Positions 1-28,197 of a stretch of 34,105 nt of DNA are shown piece after piece. Position 1 is the first letter of the stretch. The number at the start of each line of letters is the position of its first letter. The stretch covers positions 1-34,105 of the forward strand of contig JAQGDQ010001575.1 in the NCBI GenBank assembly GCA_030141605.1, written 5' to 3'. A model generated the notes under the pieces. That model was not told the DNA's origin, did no database searches, and saw only the letters and a list, made by a program, of their open reading frames with translations. Both the position numbers and the translations under genes were made by a program. This DNA comes from Tubiluchus corallicola. Taxonomy: Eukaryota; Animalia; Priapulida.

Positions 1-2
1 GT

Positions 3-3000
3 ACTTCTTGTCAAACTTTGAAGGATGCCTTAAAGGTAGATGCTTGGACCAATCCTAAGGAGCGGATCCTAAATGATCCTAAGCATACCATTTCTTGTTC
101 GCCAGATGTACTTGTTGCTACTCGGTCTCAAGCACGCAAACAAAACCTTGAGCAACGAATACAAAAGGATGCAGTAAAGATGCTTACTGATGAACAAAAG
201 CAAGAAAGTCTCAGGGAGACTGATAGTGCAGATACACTTCCAGATAACCCAAATACTCTAGCAGCAGAGTATCAAGACACAGATCTTTTAGCAAGTGTCA
301 ACAGGATTAAACTTGCTGCTGAGCAAAGAGAGGATGCCACTCTCAGAAATCTTTTTGATCATCTTCTGATGTATTCTGAAGCAAAGAAACAAGGATCAGG
401 ATACTTTCTCAGAGATAATGTCTTATTCCTTCTCAAGAAAAAGAAGCGAGACAATTCCTTCTTGGAGTTACTAGTAGTACCTTCCACCAGAAGATTACAG
501 GTTCTTGAGCTTGCACATGATGCTAGAACTGCCGCCCATTTTGGGATACGGAAAACAACTCATCGTGTTCTTGACTATTATACTTGGCCAGGGGTCCATT
601 CTGCCATAAAGAAGTACATTAAAACTTGCACTTCATGTCAGAAAACCAGCCGTATAATGAAAGCAGATAGAGCTAGACTCAAACCACTTCCTATTATTGA
701 AAAACCGTTTGCAAGGTTGAATATTGACATTATTGGCCCTCTGCAAAAAACGAAGCAAGGCAACAGATATGCTCTTACAATAATTGACCAAGCAACCCGT
801 TTTCCAGATTGCTACCCCATGAAGAATCAAACAGCATCTTCTGTAGCGGATGCTCTTACTCACTTCATGTGTAGACATGGAATTCCTGAAGAAATCCATT
901 GTGATCAAGGAACACAGTTCAAATCTACACTGATCAAGGATCTCGAGGAGGCCATACATATTAAAGGTATATTCTCCACTCCATACCATCCTGAATCAAA
1001 TGGTTTGGTAGAGAAAATGAATGATGTTCTGAAACAGTCCATTAAGAAACTTAGCCATCGATCACAAAGAGTCAGACTGGGACGAACTATTACCTTTTAT
1101 ACTCTTTGCATATAGAGAAGTGCCACAGAAGAGTACAGGCTATAGTCCTTTTGAATTGGCTTATGGCTACCCAGTCAATGGCCCAATGGCTACTTTATCT
1201 AGAAGATGGGGACTGAAACAATCTTCATCACCACAAGATGTTGATGAATATGTTGCAACAATTCTGCATAGAATGGAAGACAGCACTGACAATGTCAGAG
1301 AGTCACTCAAGAAAGCAAAGATTGCACAAGCCGAGTGGTATGATAGAAAATCTAGAGATCGTTCTCTTGAGATAGGCTCACTGGTTAAACTTCTTCTTCC
1401 TAAGTCCAAAAAGAAAATGCAAAAACAGTGGAAAGGTCCATATGAGGTTGTGGACAAAATCTCAGACCACGTATACAAAATTGCTTTAGGTGGTCGAAAG
1501 AAGAAACAACAGAATTTTCATATTAATCTCATTCAACCTTGGTATTCAAGAGACGAGACAGAAATCCTCTTCTCACAGAACATATTACCGAAGACTGCCC
1601 TTCAGCTGATGGCATCTTCCATAGATAGTCCTTCTCTCTTATCGGTTTATTCAGATTTCCCAAAACTCTATGATGATACTTCTTCTGATTCACCAATGCA
1701 GGAAGGCAAACTGGATGACAGTTGTTTTCCACCAACAAAGGTAGAACAAAAGCAAACTGTTGATGATATAAAATATCCAGAACATCTAGATGAAACAAAA
1801 GTCAAAGAACTCAAGAATGTTCTTGAACAGTTCAGGGATGTTTTTTCAGATATTCCAGGAAAGACAAACCTTATTGAACATGAGATATTGATAAACACTG
1901 ACAAGCCCATTTCTTCTAATATAATCGTTCTGCACAAACTCAGCGGGAGGCGATATACAAAGAAATTAAAGAAATGGAGATGTTAGGCGTCATCGAAAAA
2001 TCTGATAGTCCTTGGGCTAGTCCGATAGTAATTGTTCCTAAGGAAGATAATACAATTCGTTTTTGCATTGACTTCAGAAAAGTCAACAAAGTTACACATT
2101 TCGATAACTATCCTCTTCCAAGAATGGACGAAATGTTAGATGAGTTACAAGGTGCTCACTACATCACTAGTCTCGACATGACTAAATACTATTGGCAAGT
2201 TCCAATGAAAGAAAGCTCTAAACCAATTACAGCTTTCGTTACTGAATTTGGAAAATGGCACTTTAACGTAATGCCTTTCGGCTTATGTAATTCGAGTGCA
2301 ACAGCTCAAAGACTAGTGGACCAAGTCCTAGAACCTATCATTCAACATGCCCGCGGCTACATAGATGATGTGATAATAAAGAGTAATACGTGGGAAGAAC
2401 ATCTTGATCATATTCATCAAGTTCTTTCACTAATCAGAGAAGCTGGTCTTACAGTAAAACCACTGAAATGTAACTTTGCACAAACAGAAACTAAGTTTCT
2501 CGGTCATATCATTGGCAATAGTCAGATCAAACCACAACCACAAAAAATTGAAGCAATTTCTAACTTTCCTCGACCAATGACAAAAAAACAAGTCCGCTCA
2601 TTTCTTGGTCTTGTTGGCTTTTATCGCCGTTTTGTCCCTGGTTTTGCAAAAATTGCTGCTCCCCTATTTGAACTGACACAAAAACACAAACCCAATGATA
2701 TTCACTGGTCAACAGAGTGTGAGAACAGTTTTGAAAAACTACGTAACTCGTTACACTCAGAATCAGTACTGAAAAGTCCAAACTTTTCCAAGCCGTTTAA
2801 ATTAACAACAGATGCTAGTTTTCAAGGCTTAGGTGCCATACTGACACAAGTTGACGATGATGGCAATGAAAAACCTATTACATACTTAAGCCGCAAACTC
2901 TCAAGTGCAGAATCTAGGTACTCTATAGTAGAATTAGAACTGCTTGCTATTATCTATGCAGTTGAAAAACTTCGCTACTACTTGTTAGGTCGAAAGTTTA

Positions 3001-3158
3001 CAATATGCACAGATCAAAGAAGTCTAACGTTTCTACACCAAATGAGAAATAAAAACAGAAAGATCTGTAGATGGTCTCTTCTTCACTCAGAATATAATTT
3101 TGACATAGAATACAAGAAAGGTTCTGAAAATCTTGCTGATGTTTTCTCAAGAGCCTAA
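3..3158 (+). pseudogene. pol: pol polyprotein (integrase, reverse transcriptase, RNase H) broken by two frameshifts
   Basis: Integrase motifs: HHCC (AHDARTAAHFG...CTSC), DDE (NIDIIGP, HCDQGTQF, NGLVEKMN) and WKGPY. RT motifs: SPWASPIV, FCIDFR, MPFGL, YIDD. RNase H motifs: TTDAS, ELELLAI, LADVFSR. Shifting frame near 1050 restores DWDELLPFILFAYREVPQKSTGYSPF. Shifting near 1920 restores YNRSAQTQREAIYKEIKEMEMLGVIE. Confidence 0.9.
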
Positions 3159-3633
3159 ATTCGAATTGTTAGGTTAAGTAGAGCTTGATCTCCAATGAAT
3201 AAGCATTTACTTGCTAAGATATTTCCTTTTTTCTTGCAAATTACCTTAGTGTGAAAAACATTAAAGTCAAGGTATACATGTTATTGAATAATGTGATTTT
3301 GTTACTAATACAGTAATTATTTGGATAAATGTACATGTATTTTGTTTTGCAATGTGTACAAATATTTGCATGTCCAGTATGACAGAATTTTGGTCAAATT
3401 TAGTGTGCAATTGCTGATTGTTATTTTTTTTAATGTGACATCACTCTTGCGTTGTATTGAAATACTTTTGACTAATGTTGTGAATTATTACCTAACTTGA
3501 TTTATTTTGTTATGTATATTGATGGATAAGTCAGCTATGTTTGCGTATTAGCCAATTGTTGTGCTTTTGGTCCAAGAATGTTATTACTTTAGGCTTAAAA
3601 ATCCCTAACAATTGTCTTCAAAGGGGGGTCTTT

Positions 3634-4557
3634 TGTAAGGTTCTTACACATAGCTAAACTAGATCTTGCTGTAGTATAGTGTGTGGGAAGGGCTTCCTAC
3701 CTATCACCCCTCCTTTCGTAATATACTATAACCTATCCATGCATAACATGATCTTGGAAAGTGCATGACACAGATATCCAGGAGAGTACAGTGTAACTGC
3801 TGAATCTGAAAGCAGCTAAAATGCGTTAACTCTTAACTTTAACTTTACTCTACAAAAAATGGTTGAAATCCTAAACTTGATTATAAGAGTCTTTGAAGCA
3901 CTAAACTTGTGCACATCTACTATTTGACTGATCTAACATAAAGAGACTATCAGTGGTGATACCAAACGACTTCAGTTTTGATGTTGTGGATGGACCTTTA
4001 TTCAGACTGATGAGATGTTGGAACTTTCTACGATGTGTCTTATTCTAAACTACATGGAAATGCGTGACTAGCCACCAGTGTCCAGACGTTGTGGATTGTG
4101 GACGTATCCTGAGTCAACCACAGAGACTTGTGAGCCATTCCTTAGTTCATGTTTGATTGGTGCTGCAGCCGGCGTCATCACCGTTGATTGTTATGGCCAT
4201 AGACTTGAAGTCGTTGATGTGTTGCTGTGACTGACTGGAGTGAGCTACGTCCGCGGACTCCTCTCCCATGTCCTTGTCCTCTCAGGGGAAGGGTTAACTG
4301 ATAAGTAGACATTTTGTTTTCTTTTCACTTTGTCATTTTTGTTATTATTAACTGCTTTTATGCGAAACTGTTATTGATAATATTACCTGTTCTGATTTAT
4401 CTAAACAGAGTAAAAAGTAAATAAAAATAGTAAACTTAATCATAATCTTTTCCTCCATTTCATATAAGATTTTGTTGTTGGTATGTTCGGAATCTATGTA
4501 TGTCATGGTCAACATGGAAAACCATAACGCCTAAGTAGACCCCCGTAAAACGTAACA
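3634..4557 (+). repeat. putative 3' LTR (~924 bp)
   Basis: Starts TGTAAGG just after the polypurine tract, ends CGTAACA (imperfect inverted termini), with AATAAA at 4420-4425. The 5' LTR is not in the window, so the 3' boundary is unconfirmed. Confidence 0.6.
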
Positions 4558-4891
4558 TCAAGCCTTAGACCCGCTGGTTTTTCAAGTGAGCCCTTCGACA
4601 TTGCAACCTCTCTAAAGACATATTAATTATACCTGTGTCGTTGAAATTTTTGGTTCATATGCCTTGTTGCCCTCTGGAAAATTGTAGGACAACAACCGCC
4701 CACGTATGTTGCACAACCCTTTTATTGTGAATAAAAGATGACGCGACAGGGTAGTCAGATTTGTGGATGAGTTGGGAGGTAAAGAGTTGCACCCCCACCA
4801 TAAAAATCTACTAGCTCCCAACAGTAGGGATAAGGGATTTGTAGGGATATTCTTTTACAATATATATATACATTTTGATTATATTAGTGTC

Positions 4892-4906
4892 AGAGAGAGA
4901 GTGAGT

Positions 4907-4983
<77 letters not shown>

Positions 4984-4990
4984 GAGACAC

Positions 4991-5077
<87 letters not shown>
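4892..5077. repeat. (AG)n microsatellite
   Basis: Directly visible. Confidence 0.97.
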
Positions 5078-5079
<2 letters not shown>

Positions 5080-5512
5080 CAAGGGAAGAAAGATTACATT
5101 CTCGTCTGACTTACCTTTATCCTAGCGGTTATATCCAAAAGTTCATGATAGTTGAGGGCACTGCTCCGCAGAAAAACCTTGCGTTGTCACTAAACTTTTA
5201 TTCTGATCCTTCTTAGCGCTATTGTTGGAGAAAATAAATCCTAACCACATGAGAGAAACTTTCCATGTTCACAGAATTATAATGCGATCTTCGTTTACAA
5301 CGCTGAACATTATAAGCAGACATATATCGGGTGGCGCAGAAAAAATGTACCGAAATTTAATCTACAGTATAATAATATTAGAAATCAGTAAACTGCAAAG
5401 TTGAAATTTCGCAGTCTGGTATTACAATAAATTGACAATGATGTTACAATGCCTGAATAATGTCAGCTAATCATCAACATTCTGTGACGTATAAAGCTGT
5501 CAAATTCATGGA

Positions 5513-6082
5513 ATCGCGTCAGAATCGGATTTTCTCAGCTAAACTATGACCATTTCTCTAAAGGCTGTAAAGATAATAACGGTCATGCAATATTGCCGAA
5601 TTGTAACTGTGGATTTCGATTTGAGTCTGTTGAACACTTTTTGTTGCACTGCCCATTGTATCAACAAACTAGGGTTGTTATGTTTGATAAACTAAATGAA
5701 ATACTTCTGCCCGAAAACCTTAATATAGCTGTCTTAGGAAATAATGATCTGTTGAAGTTGTTATTATTCGGAAAAGATGAATTTAACTATGTTGCTAACT
5801 GTAAAATATTCCAATGTATACATGACTTTATATTACGTAGTAAGCGCTTCCAGTAGTTTCTATCTGATATGAAATGCATCAGTCTTAAATAATCGTACAT
5901 TAATATTTTCTAACCGTCATTTTCTACTAATGTCTAATGTAAAACTTGTCAGCTTGTGTAGTTATAATCTATTCTTACTGTAAATGTTCTTGTAAATAGT
6001 GTATAAAGTCTGTTGTGGTGAGGATCCTAAATCATGTTGTTCAAACTGTCTGATCCAATCCTAAATAAATTATGTATAAACT
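5513..6082 (+). mobile_element. 5'-truncated non-LTR retrotransposon (CR1/L2/Jockey-group-like ORF2 C-terminus plus 3' UTR)
   Basis: The frame from 5515 reads RVRIGFSQLNYDHF...CNCGFRFESVEHFLLHCPLY...LLFG...FILRSKRF (CCHC knuckle). It is flanked by the 11-bp direct repeat AAATTCATGGA at 5502-5512 and 6083-6093 (TSD). Confidence 0.8.
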
Positions 6083-6219
6083 AAATTCATGGAGCAAAAC
6101 AATAAAGAAACCAATCAGTTTACGCCATGATCATGAGCGCTATGACAAATAAAGCACCTTAAGGATTTGTTCCAAAATGGACTCAATTATCCAGATTACG
6201 GAATCACGAATTCCCTTAA

Positions 6220-6941
6220 CTCCTTCAGGCCCGCACCATTCAAAATATGTCTTACAAGTCGTACATGATTTTTCTGCTACTGTATCAGCACAGACATAAC
6301 TAAATGGTTACAAATTCGGCACTGTTCTATTCAGGAGAATCTCGTTATCCAATCGTGCTATTTGTTTGAAGTTTGTACGTGATTTAATTGGATAAAATTA
6401 AGCAAGATTTGTCCTTTTCAGGCACGCCATCTTAGCCTATTCAGTAGGTTAGTCTGGTGTACACTTGCGTGATCGTACACGCTAATTTATTAATCGCATG
6501 CTTGCTACATTCCAAGCTGTGCAGAGTTCTGCTGCTATTCCAGGAAAAACCAACCGATCAGCCAAGGACAAATTAAGGTAGTTTTATCTTTTAGCAGGAA
6601 TTTCTCATTAAAAATAGAATAGCCTTGAGGCCGAAGTGTATCAAAGTGTTGTGTCTGGATAGTTGAAATTTTCTACATTAGCTGATTTCACACAAGTGAT
6701 TCTGTACATTGTTACAGTGCAAATGCTTCAGTTAATGAAAGGTTTTTCAATTTATTTGTTAAAAATTGATTTTTAATTTGTCTAAGGTGAGCAAATGCAT
6801 TTCATATATAATTTTGCATGATAGTTATAGTTAATCAAATACAAAAGTTATCAAATATAACGTAATCGCTGCTTAGTGAGAGCAGATTTTCATGAACCCG
6901 TGCAAAATGCAGCAAATGAATGCAATACGGTCCTGAAGGAG
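6220..6941. mobile_element. non-autonomous piggyBac-like element
   Basis: TTAA on both sides (6216-6219, 6942-6945). TIRs CTCCTTCAGGCCCGCA / TACGGTCCTGAAGGAG match 14/16. No transposase ORF. Confidence 0.8.
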
Positions 6942-7148
6942 TTAAAGAAAGAGTGTACAATGGCGGCCTTTTGATGCACAGGAATCAAAGGTTTAATTTT
7001 TGAACGCTGGGCCCAAATACGCTCTAAAGAAGTAAGAGATTGTGTCAACTGTTGGAAGAAATGTCTTTTTTATGTTGCAGTGGAACTAGTGGTCGCGTAG
7101 AGCACTTGCTGTAAATTTTACAAATAGTGACAATTTTTTTCAGGCTAT

Positions 7149-7187
7149 AGAGAGGAGGGAGGGAGAGAGGAGATAGAGAGAGAGAGA

Positions 7188-7236
<49 letters not shown>

Positions 7237-7290
7237 CGAGAGAGAGAGACAGAGAGAGAAAGAGGAGAGAGAGAGAGAGAGGGAGAGAGG

Positions 7291-7322
<32 letters not shown>

Positions 7323-7388
7323 AAGGGGGGGGGGAGAGAGAGAGAGAGAGAGAGAAAGGGGGAGACAGAGAGAGAGAGAGAGATGGAG

Positions 7389-7446
<58 letters not shown>

Positions 7447-7483
7447 GAGAGAGAGAGAGAAAGAGAGAGAAGAGAGAGGAGAC

Positions 7484-7570
<87 letters not shown>

Positions 7571-7641
7571 AAGAGACAAAGAGAGAGAGAGAGAAAGGGA
7601 AGAAAGAAAGAGAGAGAGAGAAAGGGGAAGAGAGAGAGAGA
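7149..7641. repeat. imperfect (AG)n microsatellite
   Basis: Directly visible. Confidence 0.97.
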
Positions 7642-8134
7642 GCGACAAGGGAAGAAATATTATATTTGCTGTAAATTTTACCAATAGCGACACAATTTTT
7701 TCAGAAAACTTTTTCATTTATTTAAAACTTGTGTGTCTTTTGAATAATCTAAGCGAATGACCTAGAATTTTTATGCATAATCATCTGTTACATCAGCGCG
7801 GTAATTTTCGTACCATTTCGCTGTTTTCTTGTTATAATTATTCTGATTAAAACTGCGACACAGTTTTTTGCGTCACATGATATTTTTTTTGTTATATATC
7901 ATGTTCACATTATTTTTTGTTGCCGAGAATTTTGTAAACAACTGTACATTATTATCATTTTATTTAATTCGTAACTAATAATTGTGATACTTATTCATCA
8001 TCTTCATTTATTATTATTCTTTTTTTCATTTATACTATTGTCGTTATGTTTGTCTTTATAATTTTGCTTTTGTTATTGCTTTATTTTGTTAGTTTATTTG
8101 CATCCTGTGTCATCAATTCTTTTTTCTGTCATCA

Positions 8135-8275
8135 ACATTAAATGATAAGGGGTGAGTGAGTAGATGACCTACGGTCTTTCCTCGCCCCATCTCCACAGAC
8201 AAAGTTATTTTTTCGTAAAATGGAAATTTGTGACACAAATTGGAGAAAAATAAAATGTCTATGTCTATGTCTATG
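8135..8275 (+). mobile_element. possible LINE 3' terminus with (ATGTCT)n tail
   Basis: A T-rich stretch is followed by a GC-richer block, AATAAA and ATGTCTATGTCTATGTCTATG, the usual layout of CR1/L2 3' ends. The 5' boundary is unclear. Confidence 0.4.
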
Positions 8276-9149
8276 CATTAACGACGGTAGTCAGCACATG
8301 TAATTAAGTGCCGACCCTAATGAAACGTCGTGCTTTAATCTAACATTAGGCTTTCTATTGGTTGTCGCAGAGGGAAAGTAAGAAAAACGTAACAATTATT
8401 AATTATTCTCAGATCATACCATGATAAAATTTTGTCTTGTTCTAGATAGTGTCGGTTATGTTGAAATCAGCCTAAAACGGCCATATGAACAATGCAAGCA
8501 CCGTCTTAGCACAAAACTGTGATTTACCGGTGGGAAATCTGAAAAGCACGGTGGCTCCATCTACTCCCGAAGTCAAGAACCAATCGCACAAATTAATTAT
8601 TGTCGCACACCAAGGGAACCTCTCTGTCCGTTCGCCCAGTTTTCAACTTCAAAGAGACAATGCAATCAGGAATGTAACAGCATTGTTGTGCGTTGACTTC
8701 TAGCAATAATAAAAAAGAAACGACCATTTTTATTCTCCTCTGTATTATCTGTTCTGTTTATTTATTTATTTTGTAAAACGACGACTTTAAATAACAATAA
8801 TTATTTCACATTTGCAACACCTGATCTTTTAATTAATTACTTAACTTAATTAAATTAACATGTTTTTTTAATTTTTATACCCGAAATTCACTATTTTCAG
8901 TCCATCGTCAGTAAAATTTAATGTTAATAAACAACGTTGAATAAAAACAATTAGAAAATCTGATACAAATGGACAAAATAATATAAGAAGCAAAATCTTG
9001 GCTAATCTATAGGGTTAGGTCTAGAAAAGAAAAAGTCGCAGATTCGAAATGAAACTTCGTGTTCTGCTTTTTATAGCGTTATGTTTGCCAAAGAGCTTTG
9101 ATGGAAATTTTAATGGCGGCTAAGCAAGTTAACTGCGTCGTTCAAAAGA

Positions 9150-9728
9150 TGTAAGCCTATATTGAAATAAAGGAAAAGCTTTCTGCAAAGTTAGACTCAT
9201 TTCAGTGTTCGCGAAAAATGTTAGGAGGATTTAGTAATAAAAGTATGATAAAGCCCTCGTGTAATTAGTAAAATGACTTTAAAGTCATAATCGTTTCACG
9301 CTTGGGCGCTCTCATCTTGAAAGCCTATTCTTCCACCAATGACGTCATTCGTCCTGAAGAAAAGTAACGCACTGTCAATTTTCGTCACAGTATAATTTTT
9401 ACAAAAAATGGATACCTGATTTTGTGCTACTTTTGCATTAACATTAGACAAGCTACAGAAGCTTGAATTAGTTAAACAGTGCGCGCTGTTACGGAAAGCC
9501 ACGAGGCGTTTACGAAAAGTCACGAAGTCTCCCAGTTACGTCACAGTTTTGAAGTGAATGGCGGCTACCACCGCGCCTGAAAATTTGTATTCAGTGGTAG
9601 TATGAACAAACTTTACGTTTTATAGACAATAATTTTGCTGCAAATTTCTTTGTTATACTTTTCTAAGTTTAAGTGACGATAATAATAAAATAAGTCCAAC
9701 ATGTTAAGTGACTTGTCCTATCCTTTAC
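9150..9728. mobile_element. degenerate interspersed repeat (Kolobok-like end), same family as 16960-18479
   Basis: Shares GATTTAGTAATAAAAGT, TTCCACCA(A/G)TGACGTCATTC and the terminus GACTTGTC-T-TCCTTTA with the second copy. Boundaries are approximate. Confidence 0.6.
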
Positions 9729-10345
9729 GATTCTTAAGGAAACATTATTACATGAAGCTTAGATAGTCATAAGCTTGTGTGATACACAACGCTGTGTTTT
9801 GCAGAAACTACTCAGGCAGCTTAAACAAAACTGCAGGGTCACAAATCAGCCTTCACATATCACAATATAAAATAATAATGCAGATGCGTATTTATTCTGG
9901 GAACTGCTCCTTTAATACGCAATTATAAAACTATTGCACTAATAATTTATCAAGTTAACATAATATTAATTTCACTATTTACAAACTTCTGTTTCAATTA
10001 AATAACTAAATTAATATAATAAACTAAATATGTTAATTAACTAAATATGTTAATTAATATAAATAAGTAAACCAGTAATTTTAACTAAAATACACAAAAC
10101 AAAAAGTAAAAAATTCATTGTGCGACGTGAAACAAAAAAAAATAAATATTTGCTTGTCACAAGTTGATCTTCCTTCGTACCATAATATCCATATATACAC
10201 GTCAAACTTCGGGGCAAAAATTTCGACTCGCCCAATATAGTTAATAAAAATTATTATTCAACACTTTTGTTATTACAATCTCAAAAAGAGTAGTCTTCGA
10301 TTTCTAAAGCTTTGGTAGAAAAAGCATTGCAGTAAGAACGGGTTC

Positions 10346-25935
<15,590 letters not shown>

Positions 25936-26811
25936 GGTTGAGGTATCAAAATAAGACGTAACAAGAGGTCACCCCTCTTCACAGTCAACTGTAAAAGAAA
26001 AAAAAATCGATAAAATTTTTTTAATAATTAAAACTTCTACAATATCAAGATGATTTTTGTAACTATAATTAGCCGAAGAATAATAAAAAGAAAATCCAAG
26101 AAAATTTCTGTAGCTTCACGTTGAACTCTAATCAGTTCAGCACTAACCAACATACAGTTTTATGGCGGGACCGGAACATATCGTTTTTCAAACACGATAC
26201 TCTGAACTGGCTGAGGTTTTTAAGCCATGATGAAATGTGTGTTTCTCATCCCTCAGTGAGATAAATTACTTGAAACTACACATCTCATGAAACAATCAAC
26301 CTTCAAGATGTCGTGCTGTCAGAAAAAACTATAGCGACGCTTACTAATGTGAAAAGTGGACAGTTAGGTACACTTCAAGAAATTGCTTTCCTCCCAAAAG
26401 TTAGACATTTAGTCAGATTATAATTTATTTCCTAACCTTTTGGTGGTACAAAAGTGATCCTGTCCATAATCCTTTTAAATTTCGTCATCTAGTTTTCTAA
26501 TTGTTAATCAAAGTTAAACCAAAACCCTTTACTTAACAAAGCTAGGAAAATTCGTCTTGAAATTCGTCTTACATACTGCCTTATTGCGCACAGAGATTGT
26601 GTTAACAGCAACGATGCATAAAACTTTAAATTTAAGTTCCCGCTACGAGAGTTATTCGCAGCATAGCTATGCTATAGTTATAGCATAGTCAATGCTAGCA
26701 TAGCTATGCTGTAAATTGTTAAAAATAACATGTAAATACTGTTAACTGTTATAGCCTTGCAAATAAAGGGCGCATGTATAATTGTATATATTTATGTGGT
26801 CAGAATAAAGA

Positions 26812-27374
<563 letters not shown>

Positions 27375-27479
27375 AAAACAACAACAACAAAATAGGTGCA
27401 ACACTAAGGCATGTTCTTTTTTTAGTATAACCGCACTCATAATAGAGGTCACTACTGACAAACTTTCATTTTAATTTGT

Positions 27480-27735
27480 TTTTTTGGTTTCACTGACCTT
27501 GATCTCTGACTTTTTAAATCTGAAACTGTAAGCTTTCAAGTCTTTCTCATACCAATTTTTGTGCCAAGTTTGATGTTTCTAACTTCATTCGTTTTAATTT
27601 AATACGTATTTTCCCATACTTTGACATTTACCTTAAAATTGCCTTTTGAAATAAAAATCAGTAGGTTTCCAGCTTTTGCCCACACACAGATAGACAGACA
27701 GACACACTGACAGACTACTCTCGGCGGGAGTAATG
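27480..27735 (+). mobile_element. Helentron/HINE-like remnant
   Basis: TGACCTTGA motif, CCAAGTTTGATG, a GACA microsatellite, then a short palindrome-like end (TACTCTCGGCGGGAGTA). Confidence 0.5.
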
Positions 27736-28071
27736 TCATTAACTCCTACGGAAACGAAGTGACAAAGGATACGCAGAAAAAGCTGTTCAGGTGAAAGTAC
27801 GTTGCCACAAATTTCATTTTTCTATTTATAACTGTGAATACTGAGCTATTTACAGATAACGATGAATAACTGGAAGCCTTGCTGGTTTTTGTGTAATGCG
27901 AAACAAAACCAAACGTCGTTTAATCTGTTAGAAGGTTTTCGTAGAAGAGCTTTCTGATGCAGAGAGGACACACAGTACCAGGCGTGTCACGTGATCCCGG
28001 TAATATTCTGCCTCTTCATAAATGAAGTGCCGGCTAACGTTTACAATTCCCGAAATTTGTCCTTAAAGCAG

Positions 28072-28143
28072 ATTAGGATTAGGGTTGTGGATAGAGTTAG
28101 GTTTGGGTTAAGGTTAGGGTAAGGGTTTGGTTTAGAGTTAAGG
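28072..28143 (+). repeat. degenerate TTAGGG-like tract
   Basis: TTAGGATTAGGGTT...GTTAGGGTAAGGG; about 12 degenerate hexamers. Confidence 0.7.
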
Positions 28144-28197
28144 TATTTGAAGGGTGTGTGGGGGATTGAAAACTCTTTCCGAAGTGAACAATGATGC

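Larger units (their letters stand above)
1..4557 (+). mobile_element. Ty3/gypsy LTR retrotransposon, Gmr1-like (INT-RT-RH order), 5' end outside the window
   Basis: Gypsy-type integrase precedes gypsy-type RT/RNase H. After pol come an AT-rich spacer, a polypurine tract (AAAGGGGGG, 3620-3628) and a TG...CA-bounded segment. Confidence 0.9.

Noticed and set aside
1040-1985. Programmed frameshifting in pol
   Set aside because: The first shift falls inside the integrase core and the second at the RT N-terminus, with no clear slippery heptamer. Decay or sequencing error is more likely.
28072-28143. True telomere or chromosome fusion site
   Set aside because: Short, highly degenerate and in a single orientation.
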